A DNA stretch of 64,000 nucleotides from Eledone cirrhosa (lineage: Eukaryota), in assembly GCA_964016885.1 (NCBI GenBank), contig OZ024744.1, forward strand, positions 45,756,001-45,820,000, read 5' to 3'. Position numbers and translations under genes: made by a program. Shown here in pieces: positions 11,232-23,704 of this stretch. The notes beneath the pieces are model-generated. The model searched no databases and was not told the DNA's origin. It saw nothing but the letters and a program-made list of their open reading frames with translations. Positions within the stretch are counted from its first letter, which is position 1. Every line of letters begins with the position of its first letter.

Positions 11232-13357
11232 CGAAGGAAATGTGGTAAGGAACCAGGTGGACCATAACGCACCAAAGTACTCAATACTTAGGGTAGTAGA
11301 GTGGGTAATAGGAACGAGTAGGACCCCGACGGCTGAGCTCAAGCCGTTTCGACGGCTAATTCTGGACTAAATGAAAATGTTTATCCTGGTATATGAATAG
11401 CCGAGCTTCTCAGGGGGTAATTCCATATATGGAAAAAGTGATTGTCACAGGGACTGGTCAAAAGTTTGTTGTTGAGACACATAATTCTATCATGGCAATT
11501 TATGGAAGGAAGGGGTAGCTGAACCTGCCAGTAGAAGAAAGAGGGAGAGGGGGTGGAGGAAACCCAGTCGTGCGTTGATAGTGCCAACTACAGCAGGGCA
11601 GGAGGTGAAGCAAGTATACTAGGGAGGGGGGGGAGTCGAAATAATAAGTAAAACAATATGGGGTAAATATATAGAAGAATACCGAGAATGTTAAAGGTAT
11701 AAAAAAACAATTTCTGGTTACTATTCCCTAACGACAGTCATCAAGTCTCTCTCTGGTACTGCTAAACTATAGAAAAGTTTACTAGGTGGGACGGAATTAT
11801 AATGAGACCCTTTTAAGAGTTAGTAGTAATCAACCGAGTATATCTTACGGTGACGGGTCAACATGTGGGGGGCCAAAATACTAAAGAAACTACCACGAAA
11901 TAATAATTCAGAATCCCGAAAAAGAATACTAATACTATCTCTAAGGGTGCCGCTACGATACAAACATTCTAGTGCAAACTACATAAATGCTCGTACGAAG
12001 TATATGAAAAATTTGATACGGAAAATTAATTCAGAATATAAAAGATCTTACGTCTACCTTTGCAAGCAGGGGTTACCCATTACAAAGTCGGCAAGTGGGG
12101 TGTTACAGCCGTTGTCTACCCCCCCCCTCTCCGGGTCATTATGGGGTTTGAGGGCGAGGTAAGTCCTACGCAATCTGTGTTTGCATGCAGTTACCAGTTC
12201 GTCTTTCTTGTTTAGGAGTTGGTCCGTCGAAAACAGCATTTGTAAAGTTTCCTCCGAGCATAAATTGCACGGACGGCGTCCTCCCGTGTAAGAGTTGGCT
12301 CTGGACAGTAAGCTCCAAGTGAGATCATAGGTAATATTGCTATCCTTGAGGTCCCAGATGTGGCCCAAAAGTGTGGTGGCGTGACGCCAGGCCGGGGTTC
12401 GGAAGGTATGTCTGTGTTGGTATAGCCGGGTCTTGAAGTCACATGCGGTTAATCCTATATAAGCTTTGTTGGAGGTGTCCGTTCCCACGTTGCACTGGTA
12501 GATCACATTACGATCTCTGCATCTGTTGTCGAGGGGGAAAATGGATCCATAAGGAAAGTTGCACCTCCTGGTCGGCTCTCCACTGCTATTTAGGTTATTT
12601 CCTCCATAGGGGTTGAGTTTTTTGTTGTTAGAGGAGACGATGTTTTGTGCAAAGTTTGGTGTGGTGCTGTAGGAGAGTTTGATGGTATTTTTGTTAATTA
12701 TGTTGTGGTAGCGGTGTTGTAGTGGGAAGTGTTTTTCGATGAGCCTAAAGAAGATTTTCCCGATAGGAGTTGTCACCTCGGCGTTGTGGGGAGGATTGAA
12801 CCATGTTACATTGCGTGAGCGGCGGTGTCGCCTGCTGGTTCCGCTAATGGAAGCTGGACAGTAGGATATTTCCTCTCGGAAACCACTCCGCTTGAGGGCC
12901 TGGTTGTAATAAGGCGCATGTTCCTCGAATATCTGCTCATTAGCGGACAAACGAGATATGCGGAGGGAGATGTTTTTAACTAGGTTATTGGTGATGTTCC
13001 TAGGATGGTTTGACCGGCGGTGGATGTAGTGTAGGTTGTCGTTGGGTTTCCTGTATGGGTAGTACAGATCATTATCGTAGTTGGCACTATCAACGCATGA
13101 CTGGGTTTCCTCCACCCCCTCTCCCTCTTTCTTCTACTGGCAGGTTCAGCTACCCCTTCCTTCCACAAATTGCCATGATAGAATTATGTGTCTCAACAAC
13201 AAACTTTTGACCAATCCTTGTGACAATCACTTTTACCATATATGGAATTACCCCCTGAGAAGCTCGGCTATTCATATACCAGGATAAAAACTTTCATTTA
13301 GTCCAGAATTAGCCGTCGAAACGGCTTGAGCTCAGCCGTCGGGGTCCTACTCGTTCC
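11231..13357 (-). mobile_element. Penelope-like element B (tentatively Nematis-like), 5'-truncated, with inverted pLTR
   Basis: ORF 12054-13080: YYPYRKPN, WFNPP, YIGLT...FKTRLYQH, CNLC, CKH; 13081-13357 is an inverted copy of 11311-11587; (TA)n on both flanks. Confidence 0.9.
13250..13345 (+). ncRNA. Hammerhead-like motif with variant core CUGAGAA (second copy 11323-11418, minus)
   Basis: ACCCC/GGGGT stem I; CGGCTA/TAGCCG stem II; GAAACGGCT..AGCCGTC stem III with GUC site and palindromic TGAGCTCA loop. Confidence 0.6.
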
Positions 13358-13489
13358 TATATATATATATATATAATTATAAGTTTGAAGAACATAAAGA
13401 TAAAATTTCTCTATGCGGAGAAATTAACTAAATAAATAATCAGTTAAATGGAGCCAAGTTTAAAACGTAAGTTTGAAGAAATAATGTAG

Positions 13490-14483
13490 TAGACCTGAAA
13501 CATGCGCAAGCTCAAAAGAGCCACAGAATGGTATAATAAACCTTCAAAAGTGTGGGACTAGAGTTGTTGCCGAAAAATATTGTAATCATTATCTATCGTA
13601 CACTCTGTGGCATCCTTTTATAAAAAAAAAAGAGACTCATAACGAACTCAAGACGACACGATTATTATTTAAGTGAATTTATATAGAATTCGGTTTAAGT
13701 GCATTTCGTATTAATCATTACTAAACATCTAATATGAGATATTGAACATTAGCTTAAACTAACCATGCCTTTCTTTTTACACTATTTCACTTAGTTCATT
13801 CTTAGAGTGTAACATATAAAAATATAATTTACAACCATAAAATAAATTAATTATTATAATAACAGAGCTGCGGAGCCGAAATTTAGGGAATAATGGAGTA
13901 TCGGATCCGGAGTTGGAGCCAGTCAATTTTTGGCCGACTCCGCAGCCCTGTATAATACAGTTATTAAAGTTATTAATGAACCTATTTTAAACTGCATGCA
14001 AATTACCATTAGATCATGATATTAGATATAAGATACAGCCGAATATCTACATCTGTAAAAGTACTTAAGTGGCTTAAGGTAATTCCAATATGAAAGTTTG
14101 CAGTGATAAAAATTTGATGACACAATACGATTGTTAATGTTATAGTTCGATGAAAATGTAATAATATATAACTAAATTATTTTAATATTAGTATATTTAT
14201 AAAATTATTATTATAAATTTGATCGTTCATATAAGCATCATATTCATTTTCAACACAATTATGTTGTTACTATGACTATATGATAATAATATTACGTAAT
14301 TATTTATAGCTGTTATTACATTAAACATAGATGTATTTATTGTGATATTTTTATAAAGGATGCCACAGAATGTACGATAGATAATGATTACAATATTTTT
14401 GAGCAACACCTCTAGTCCCAATCTTTTGAATGTTTATTATAACATTCTGTGGCTCTTTTTAGTTTGCGCATTTTTCAGGTCTA
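13490..14483. mobile_element. MITE/foldback with ~135-bp imperfect terminal inverted repeats
   Basis: 13490-13625 is the reverse complement of 14348-14483 (TAGACCTG...CAGGTCTA); AT-rich interior; no clear TSD. Confidence 0.75.
13863..13950. mobile_element. 88-bp hAT-like mini-MITE nested in the MITE
   Basis: TIRs CAGAGCTGCGGAGCCG / CGACTCCGCAGCCCTG; 8-bp TSD TATAATAA/TATAATAC. Confidence 0.7.
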
Positions 14484-14751
14484 GTTTAAAATTTTTTTTA
14501 AGGCAACGCTTGTAATAACTCTAGTTAAACATGATACATATTAATAATAAATTATCGTTGTAACGTAATTACATTATATAATTATTATTATAAATGATCT
14601 TATAAATATTATTGTAAGATGTATAAAAATATTTTCAGACTTTTAATATAAACTACTACAAAAAACAATCAATATTAAATAAATATATTTTACATAATAA
14701 TTGTTAGTTGAATTAATAAAAATTAAATATTACATACAAATAGTCTAACAA

Positions 14752-14845
14752 TAATTGTTTCTACTTTAGGCACAAGGCCAGCAAATACCCAGTGCATTAC
14801 TGGTACTTTATTTTATCGACCCCGTAAGGATGAAAGGCAAAGTCT
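14752..14845 (-). mobile_element. 5'-truncated copy of the SINE
   Basis: Matches the 3' half of 6258-6442; AGTCTAACA on both sides. Confidence 0.85.
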
Positions 14846-14983
14846 AACATAATAATAAAAAAAATAATCTAACATAATAATAATAAAATAATCTAACATA
14901 AAACGAACAATAATATGGATAAATATACAAGTAAATATGATATAACCAATATTATAAGCATGTTATATAAAGAAATGTTGTAA

Positions 14984-15763
14984 TCTATATATATAAAACT
15001 GTGGTTGTCTGTCTGTCTATCGATTTTTGGCACACATCTCCTCTTAGAATCTCTCACGGAATTGCACCGAAATTGCTATACTTGTACATTGAGCCCTAGC
15101 GAAGACATCGGAAAAAAAAATTTCAAATTGACCCACCCTATGTGACGAAATCGAATATAATGTATCGATTTTTGAGCGTAAGTTATCAGTTATTTCCCTT
15201 TGTTCTGTTTACATTGAGCGTCTTACGTAAAAAATTACGCTGGCTTTCTCAGCGTTCGAGCCAGCAAAATATTGACCTGCAAAATTCATCAGTTCGAACA
15301 CTAAGCTTCCGTTTTGCTTCATTTCCATTTAAAAGCATTTTAAAACAATATTTTTACTTGAAAACAAGTCTATTTAAAGACTACGTAAAACAAGCAAATA
15401 TTTCAGGCGTGCAGACAGACAGTCGTGCAGAGAGGTGATATAGGCGTGCAGACAGACATAACTGATAATTTGGTTACGCTAATGTTTTTCTCTGCGTTGC
15501 AGTGTTTACATTTTCGATCTTTGTTAATAAATAACCAGTGCAGTTTTTATCCCCAGCATCCTCTTTTGTTATAACATTCGGGTTATCGTTATGTTTTCTT
15601 AACTTCATAAGGCATATTGTTGGTTGAGGGAATATTAATCAAAAACACCACATGCAAGTCTGCACAGTAGACATTACAGTTTTTAAGCCAAAAAAGAAAC
15701 TTAACATTGTAACTTTAACACAGCTACTGAGCGACCCCGAGCAACGCCGGGCTTTACTGCTAG
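14984..15763 (+). mobile_element. Non-autonomous Helitron with complete ends
   Basis: A|TC start (TCTATATATATAAAACTG); CCCGAGCAACGCCGGG hairpin; CTAG|T end. Confidence 0.9.
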
Positions 15764-16434
15764 TTTAATATATAATAATTAATAATTACTTTTACAAAAC
15801 CATATTGACAAATAGACAAGTAACTATTAACTATATCATTAATAAAAAAGTAAATATATATGATACAATCAATATTAGAAGATGCACAATAAATATATGT
15901 TGTAAATAAAAATAGTTTATAATTTATTTAAATATATTTAAAAAATATAAAATTAAAAGAAAAAATTTAAAAGAAAGCATAAAATACAAAAAGAAATTAT
16001 AGTTGACACCAAATTGCTGGCCATATCCGCACAATGAGCAGATATATAATCTTAGTTGGCCATATTAATCCAAATAGACAGAGGATTACGGAGAGATACT
16101 GAACAGCAGCTAGTATAGTTCAGTGACAAATGGTCACAAGAATCTGGTCGAGTGACATGCCTTTCCAATATTATAGCAAAAATGACCATATAGCTGCAAA
16201 CCAATTTCACAATTTCTCGAGGCTCAAAAAACGGCAATCACTCACCATTAAGATAATATACCTCAATGGCGGGACTGGATTCATATTCTTCCAATAAATT
16301 CAGAAATGCCCTGAAGCAATTCAAATAAAGCAATAGTTAGATATAACAAGACATCTGTCAACCTCTGTCACTTTTTTTTAAGAGCAAGCAAATCTTTCAA
16401 AAAATGCTTGTTGCTATACATCGGCCGTGAAAAT

Positions 16435-17320
16435 TCAATTCAACTTTTCGAAAAACAACAGGTAGTTGTTAAGCAGTTTAGACGGGAAAGCTATATACTG
16501 CTTGGAAAAGACGGTATCGTTAATAATGTCCCATATGTCCTGGTTCCGGACGATGTTGGTGTAGTGCCCGGAGTCTGCACTAGCCAGTGAATGCAAGACG
16601 GAGCCGATCAGTCGGAATTTCTGGCCGTAAATGTTCTGCTTGTTCGGAGAGAAGTTCATCAACTCCGAATCAATTCTGATCATCTGATTGTATATTCGAA
16701 TCTATTCAAATAAACAACCAGGTAACGCATTGTGTTTGGAATACATGGTTAACTGTACCAAATTGCTCGGTGTCAATGTCGCACAGATCGCATTTCTTAA
16801 TGATCGAAACATCAGTTTTGAGCAAACATTTGAACTGCTGCCGACCATTAATAGGATGCAACGTCAGATCAGACTTGACATCAGTTGTATCTGTGCAAGT
16901 GCCACAGCCGTTGATCGACGCACAAGAACATTCATCAGTGTGCAATCTGGGGCAATTGGCCTCGTGTTTTCTAGTGCACCTGAACAAAGTATTTTCCTCA
17001 AAGGTGAACAGTTGTTTAATATTTTCAGGCAACAACTCATAAATGTGCTTCCAAAAAGTGTGCGCACACTGTTGGGTTCCATCGTTAAACCTGCCACCAA
17101 TGATATTTCTCAAATTTGCTACCGATTTAGTTCCAGATGACGATATAATGTCGCTAATTTCACGAATAGCAACATCATCAGTGGACTGAATGTGTTCAAC
17201 CAACAACAGCAGCTGCCATGGTGCTGTTTACAAAGCAAGCGTGTCTCTCATTGATCAGCGAAATGTACAGTTGTGCAACCGTTTCCTCAGTTCTGGCCTT
17301 TTTCGAATTCGCCAAGTTGA
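16435..17320 (-). pseudogene. USP/UCH peptidase C19 (deubiquitinase) domain directly C-terminal to the helicase
   Basis: Cys box LINERHACFVNSTM-QLLL (Cys codon 17235-17237, frameshift just after it); QQCAHTFW (QQDAHEF box); Cys-rich fingers and CDLC; His box LH...SGHYT..WDIIND; terminal YLLFFEK. Confidence 0.85.
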
Positions 17321-20300
17321 TCATTTCACTGTCAATATTAATAGCAAATTTATTCTTTTTAGATGCTTTTTTTGCCTGTTAGGAATCACGTTACACAATG
17401 GAAGCGGTTCCATGTTAATGCTCTCTCTCAAATAGTTGTATTCTCTCCAAGCACTGTAATCGCACATGATCAAACTCGTTGGATCAAGATCAATCAAGTA
17501 AACATTGCAGTTTGCGGGCTCTAGACAAGGCCACATAGGCCATACCGTCTGCGAAAACGCCAGTGCCCAAATCAACGACTCCATCGACGCTTATTCCCTG
17601 CAATTTGTGGATAGAAATTGCATATGCAATGAACAGGGGATATTGTTCTCTAGTGATAAAGACACCAGGAGACAATTCGTAATCGGCTTTGACAGATTTG
17701 ATGGCAACGATATGGTTTGTACTCTCAAAGAGAATGTCAATGGAAGTAATTTTTCCAAACTCATAATTGAGTTGCTTTACAGTTCCTATTGCACCGTTGC
17801 ACAAGCCTTTACCAACGTCCATGTTGCGTTTAAGCATAACTCGAGCATTATCGCAAACTTTAAGAACAGTTTCAAGGCCAGCAGTATCAGAAGTCTTTTT
17901 AGCCTTGGTGTCAACTTTTTACTTTTAGTTTTCTTTTGACCTTTAGTTTGCCTCACATTCGAATCAAGAGCCATAAGTTCGACAGTATTAATGCCAAGTT
18001 TATCGGGCATTACAGCGTTAAACTTTTCTACTGACTCGTTTAGAAGCATAATACAGACGATACTCAAATCAGAAGTCTGTGTCAGCTCGCACATTTTGTA
18101 AGCAACCTGATCAATGGAAGCTTTGCCATTGAGATCAATTCTGAGCTCATTCAGAATTTGAATATCAGAGTCAAGTGGTGAACCCAATCTAACTCGGCTG
18201 AGCATGTCAACATAATTATCCGTGTCGTCTTTCTGACGCATGTTGACTGTCAACTCGTCGTACTTGAAGTACCTCCACAAATGGTGGCTGCTGACGCCTA
18301 TGCACGATCTTTGTACATCTTGGTGAGTAACTTTCTTAAACACCGGCTTTTCTCTAACAGGCAGTAATTGAAGCAAATCTCCAAAAACAACAATGTTCAT
18401 GCGCCCGAAAGGAGAAATACATTGGTTAAAATCACAAAACAATTGGCTCAATCTCAAGAGAATGAATGCCAACTGCAAGTCACTGACCATGCTATATTAT
18501 CAGTCGGACATACTGAAGCAGCATCCTCAGCATTTTCAAAAAGTCCTTTGGTAGATCATCATACACGGGAGTTTTGCCGTGCTGCACTTTGAGGTTTAGT
18601 ATCCGATGAACAGTCATGCCGTTGAGTTGGAAAGCGGTCATTCCCGTGGGTGCCGATATCACTACGCTCGGGCCATTGTCATTTGGATACATGTACTGAA
18701 TTTTATCAGCCAGTATATTTATCAAAAAAACTCTTTCCCGTGCTACCAACATCCAAAACAAATTTCAAGACTTGTGGATAATCATTGCAACTACATCTCG
18801 GATAAGGTTTGTTGTTGTCCCAATGTTTGTCTTGTTTGTCAATACCGGCAACGATATCGTCATAAATTTTTATTTGCACTTCATTGAGTTTGCTTTCTTT
18901 ATCTCTCAGTGCATCCTCAGCGACATCTCTTATGCAAGGCAAATCGTCATTAGCATCATCAACTGCCAACGCCTCCATGTGATCACCGCAAGAATGGTCA
19001 TCATTGTCATCAGCCTGAGGTTCGTTTGGAATATGTTTGCCTTGTTCCAGCGCATTCTCTAAAGGTTTGCGCACATTCTGGAACCTGACCATTTCAGATA
19101 AATTGTTTGTGCACTGTTGAAAAGACTCTTTATAAGTCTGACAACCTCCCAGCAAGTCTTCTTCCTCGTCTCGCCAAGATTTAAAGAGCATGAGCAGGTT
19201 GTGGTGATAGCGCTCACAAGTATCTGCAGTCAATCTAATGTTTGGCGACTTTACAATCCGCTCTTTGACAGATTTGAAATAGCCAAGATTGTTTTTCAAC
19301 CTCAAGTCGTCATCAAAATTGCTAGTATCAATTCGTTTCACATGTTCGTATTTACTCGCAATTTCATACAAACACATGTGCTCCATCGAATCGGGGCTGT
19401 TGGGATACCAATTTTCGACCATATTCTCATAATAAAGATCGGTGGAATATGGGTTCAATTTGTTCTGTTCATACTGAAGGCTGAACCTGTGGGGTCGGTA
19501 ACTAGGCAAATTGGCTCCAAGCCAAATTACGCTTTCAGAGCATCCATAGAAATGGGGGCCAAGCAATTTGTACGCAGCCTCATAGGTGCCTGTATCGCGC
19601 TTGCCCATCAGCTTAAGTCCGGCACTCTTGTATCTCGAGTAAATGGACTTTGACTTTTCAATCTCAGCCCAAATGCCTTTAGTGTCAGTCTTTTCGGACT
19701 TTGTCTGATAACTAGTAACATATCGGTTTAGAATCATGCTATCTTCACCGATGTACTGAATATCGACATTAGCTTTCCAGACATACATAACAAGAGAATT
19801 GTAGTCATTGATGCGCTCTTCCCCCTGTCGTCTATCAAGCTTGTACAACTTTTTTACAGCTCTACCAGTGTGCCGAGATTTTATACTCTCGTTGACACTA
19901 AGCAAATTGAAATTCCCGACGGGACGTGGAAATTCAAACCTGCATCGAGTGTAAAAACGACCACTCGAAAATAGTTGCTTTTTGCAGGATCCAATACAGA
20001 CATGTCGTTGAAAGCACGACACCAAGTCTGACAAAACGGGACTTTCTACAATGGACGGCATGCGACATGTGATCATGGACTGTATAAACGTCTGAATAGC
20101 ATACTTGTCGTCTCTGTCCATAATAGGGCCATCTTTAATCCACAATTTCATGTGAACATGCGGAGCACCTCTCATTTGGTATTCCAACCTCCAAAAAAAT
20201 GCTCGACAATACCAAACAGAGAATTGGTATGTTTAACGACTTCTTTCATAAAGGTGGTAAACCGATGGTGAAAATGCTCGCTAGCGGCCACAACGTCATC

Positions 20301-22812
20301 CGCGCACAACTCATTGCTGCGTTTTCTAGCAATGTCTGGTATGTCAGCGTTCAACTTTTCCAGGAACTCTCTCAGATCAGGCCAAAAGTACTTTGCACAA
20401 GACAAAGTTAAGAACAAGTGGGCCGGGCCAAATTTCTCGTCCATAGCCATCAAGTCGGAACATTTTCTAGACCAAAAATGCTTGGAATCTCGGACATTGG
20501 CCATCATCATATTGAAATTGCCCTCAGGTGGATGTCATTTTCATCAAGCCACCTTCTAGACTCGCTTATAGTCACGCAGCTGTTTTTGGTGGTCTTCATT
20601 ATGGCATATATACCCGAATCAATGCTTCTCTTGTCGGCTTTATCAAGACAAAACATGAGATATTGTATATCTCGCAGAAATCTAGAGTCGGTATGATTCA
20701 GTCTGTTTCTTATGAACATGTATGGCTTTACAGCGCCAAACGGTCTATTGTCCACGAAAATGCCACACTGACCAATTGGATAAAGACAAGGAAAGCACAA
20801 CAAATCAAGTGTTTTATCATTGTCTACAATCAAATCGCCTTCCACTCTTTTCATTGTGTACAAGGCCAAGTCAGTGTCTGCAGGGAGACACGGATTCATC
20901 TCTTTAACAGTGTGATGCTCATAGGTAATGCCAGTGTTCGATTTAAGCAAAAGATTATCGAATTTGGCATCATTAACTCCCGAGCACTCTACAATGTTTT
21001 CACTCTCCGTATCGGCGTATCGATTGATCTTAATATCAGCATACATTACATTGTTTGCCGTAAGCCAATCAAGCGCCTTCAATACTTTGCTTATGTCTAC
21101 CATTGAACGCCAGATAACTTGTTTCTGCGAAGGCAAGCTATCAACGACTATTTTAAGCATGTCGTCTTGAAGCGCAGGTAACGTATCTACGGTGCGGTTA
21201 ATAGTTCCGTCCATAGGCAAAGGCAAGTGAATCGCAATTCCTTTAATAGCCGAAATTCATGCCGAAATATTGCCTCTGAACGAGTATAACCCCAGTTTGA
21301 TGATATTGACGTAACATTTGGCCCGTTGCACAAGTATACGCTCATACGTGTTGAGATCGGCAAGTTCTTTGGGAACTGCAACAACAACTGCACTCCATTC
21401 TTTCGCAAATGTGTAGCGCATGTTGTGCAGACCGTGCAAGGCAAAGAGTAGTTGGTAGTTATTGCATGCTTTGCAACGGCCGTTTTAAAATATTTGGAGT
21501 TCCAACTATCCCAAATCTTTAGCTCCTTGCTATATTTGCGCAGTTTGCACATATCACAATGCTGGATTTTATACTTTCTAATATCAGATTCAAATCTTTG
21601 AACATGTTTACCATATTTATCAATGGCATCTGCATCAGTGTGTTCGACATCATTGAAAACGGTGCACATATCATTGAATTGAACCGCAATATCACGCTCA
21701 GTGTTGGCAACGTCAGTCAAATTCTCAAAGTTTGTCCAATCGCCATCGAGAACGGCTTCATTGCACTAGTTAAGCCAAATACATATGGACCGAACTTTGT
21801 AGATTTTCTCAGCAATGTGCGCAACTTTGGCGAGTGAACTGCTAGCGATTTCAAAAGGCCAAGTTCACTGGTGCAGCCAGTTTGACCAATACAGTGCTGA
21901 TCATCATCATAAGTAACATTGCAAGACTCATATTTCTCCATCAACTGCCTTACTTTAGCAACTGTCATATCGGGATTAAGTTTTGCCAGTTTATCGTGAA
22001 TTCTTTGGCAAAAAGCTAGACGAGCGGCTGAGTCATCTGGACAAGTACCTAGTATGGAAGATCCGCAAGGTCTAACCAAACATTTAGACACATCGTCATC
22101 ATTCTGCTCGTCCGCATTAGCCATTTCATTCACAATGTCGTCCGTCTCCTCATTATCGATAACGACTATTCGGACTTTCTCAACGGGCTGGGTTTTAAAC
22201 TCGTCCATTCTGCGGTGCTTTTATCAAAATTAGCAAGCTCATTGGTGAAACTGTGGTAATGTTCATTTCCCCAATAGTGCAACAAACCGTTAACATTGAC
22301 CTTTTCAATCAATGCGTGCACAGCTTTAACCTTTATTTTTAGTTGAGCACACAGAAAATTGCGCATACCAACGGATCTGGAGAACACACTCTGCACGTGA
22401 ACATGTGCCTCCTTGCGAAGATTGGTGTCGATTATCGTCTTTTTATACGATTTAACAAATCTGTACACCAAGATCTGATGCTGCATCCGGAAGTCAAGCA
22501 TTTTTTTAGTTTCCTTATTCGATGCAAAGACCGCTTTATTTTAGCCGAATTCGCAGCTCTATAATCGGCCTGTTTTTGTCTCAACTTCTCCCGATTCCGC
22601 ATCCGGTAAGCTGCTTTCGCGTCCAATTTAATACGCCCGTCTCGAAGATTATTGGCACAGCAATGCGAACAAGCTTGTGGGACCGCATGATTGTAAGAAG
22701 ATGAACTTCCCGCAACATCAAAACCCAATTCACAAGTCTGGCACTGCTCATTCACATCGGCAGTGGGGACACCAAAGTCGGTGACGGGTCCCGATTCACT
22801 TGCGGGATACAT
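17320..22812 (-). pseudogene. RepHel: N-terminal Cys/basic region, CxxC..CxxCxxC finger, DUF6570-like region, HUH/Y2 Rep, PIF1 (SF1B) helicase
   Basis: FLTLS (Rep motif 1), EYQMRGAPHVH (HUH), YVTSYQTK (Y2); GSTGKS Walker [45 protein letters not shown]; Walker B DE is deleted near 18495; several frameshifts. Confidence 0.92.
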
Positions 22813-22819
22813 CTCGAAC

Positions 22820-22889
22820 CTGCAAATAAATACTTATTAGTAGCTTAAATAGCTACAAAATAAGAGGAAATAACATTGCTCATACTTAC
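22820..22889 (-). other. Predicted 70-bp 5'UTR intron of the RepHel-USP gene
   Basis: C|GTAAGT donor; TATTTATTTGCAG|G acceptor 7 nt before the ATG at 22812. Confidence 0.65.
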
Positions 22890-22959
22890 GTTCAGATATA
22901 AATACGCCAAGCTGCGATCGAATATATTGATATCAACATTTTTTAAACGCGCGTGACAC

Positions 22960-23539
22960 CTGTAGTTGACTATAGTAAACTAAGTACATTAAATTAAAAA
23001 TTGATATTTTTGAATCAAAATCACAAAGTTTACAATCATAATGTGACTGCCAGATCACTATAAATTATCAATTTATTATTGAATATACGCTATCTTGGAC
23101 TGTTTTAACATTTTTTACAAACAAAAATTTGCAAACATTTTGTAAAAACGATAATTTTTAGAATATTTGTACAAACTTTTACAAACAAAATTTTAAATAA
23201 ATTATTTTTACAAATTTTTACAAACAAAGTGCAGTTTGTATTACAATCCGAACCCTGCCTATATTCCATTGCACTATATACAGAGGAACAAGATACAAAG
23301 ATAGCCATGAATACAGTGTTGTAAACTGTACCAAGATTTCTAAACTGTACCAGTGTGTACTGTACTAAAGTATAGTACAGAAAGAAAAAATTGTGCCTTG
23401 GTAAAGTACAGTATAGTACAGAAAGAACAAATTGTACATTGGTACAGTACAGTATAGTACAGAATAAATCCAAACGAACTGAAAAAAAATAGTTAATATA
23501 AATTCTAAAAATCATATATAAATTAACAATATAACTTAC
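22960..23539 (-). other. Predicted first 5'UTR intron of the RepHel-USP gene
   Basis: G|GTAAGT donor at 23539; CTACAG|G acceptor at 22960; AT-rich interior with TGTAC repeats. Confidence 0.55.
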
Positions 23540-23622
23540 CAAAACGAGAAAAATATTTTGATCATAAACGACGAAATACAGGAGGAAGATTCGAAAGCGA
23601 AACGATAAATAAACGTGCAAAC

Positions 23623-23704
23623 AAAATGGCGGATGCCTTTGAGCAACAATTACTCTCGTTGGTTGATTAGCCAATAAGACGATGAAATTAGCCAATAAGA
23701 CGAT
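23623..23704 (-). promoter_or_regulatory. Putative Pol II promoter: tandem CCAAT boxes plus YY1-like site
   Basis: 18-bp direct repeat ATTAGCCAATAAGACGAT at 23666-23683 and 23687-23704; AAAATGGCGG at 23623-23632, upstream of the first donor. Confidence 0.55.

Noticed and set aside
17505-21106. Long plus-strand ORFs (e.g. 19117-19653, 20528-21106)
   Set aside because: Antisense shadows of the RepHel coding strand
16435-22812. Host PIF1 or USP gene, or viral/bacterial contamination
   Set aside because: HUH Rep motifs are fused upstream, the coding region is intronless and disrupted, and spliceosomal-type 5' introns are predicted; this fits a Helitron-group element
23105-23695. 196-aa hydrophobic ORF
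   Set aside because: Lies across the AT-rich predicted intron with TGTAC repeats; no domain signal
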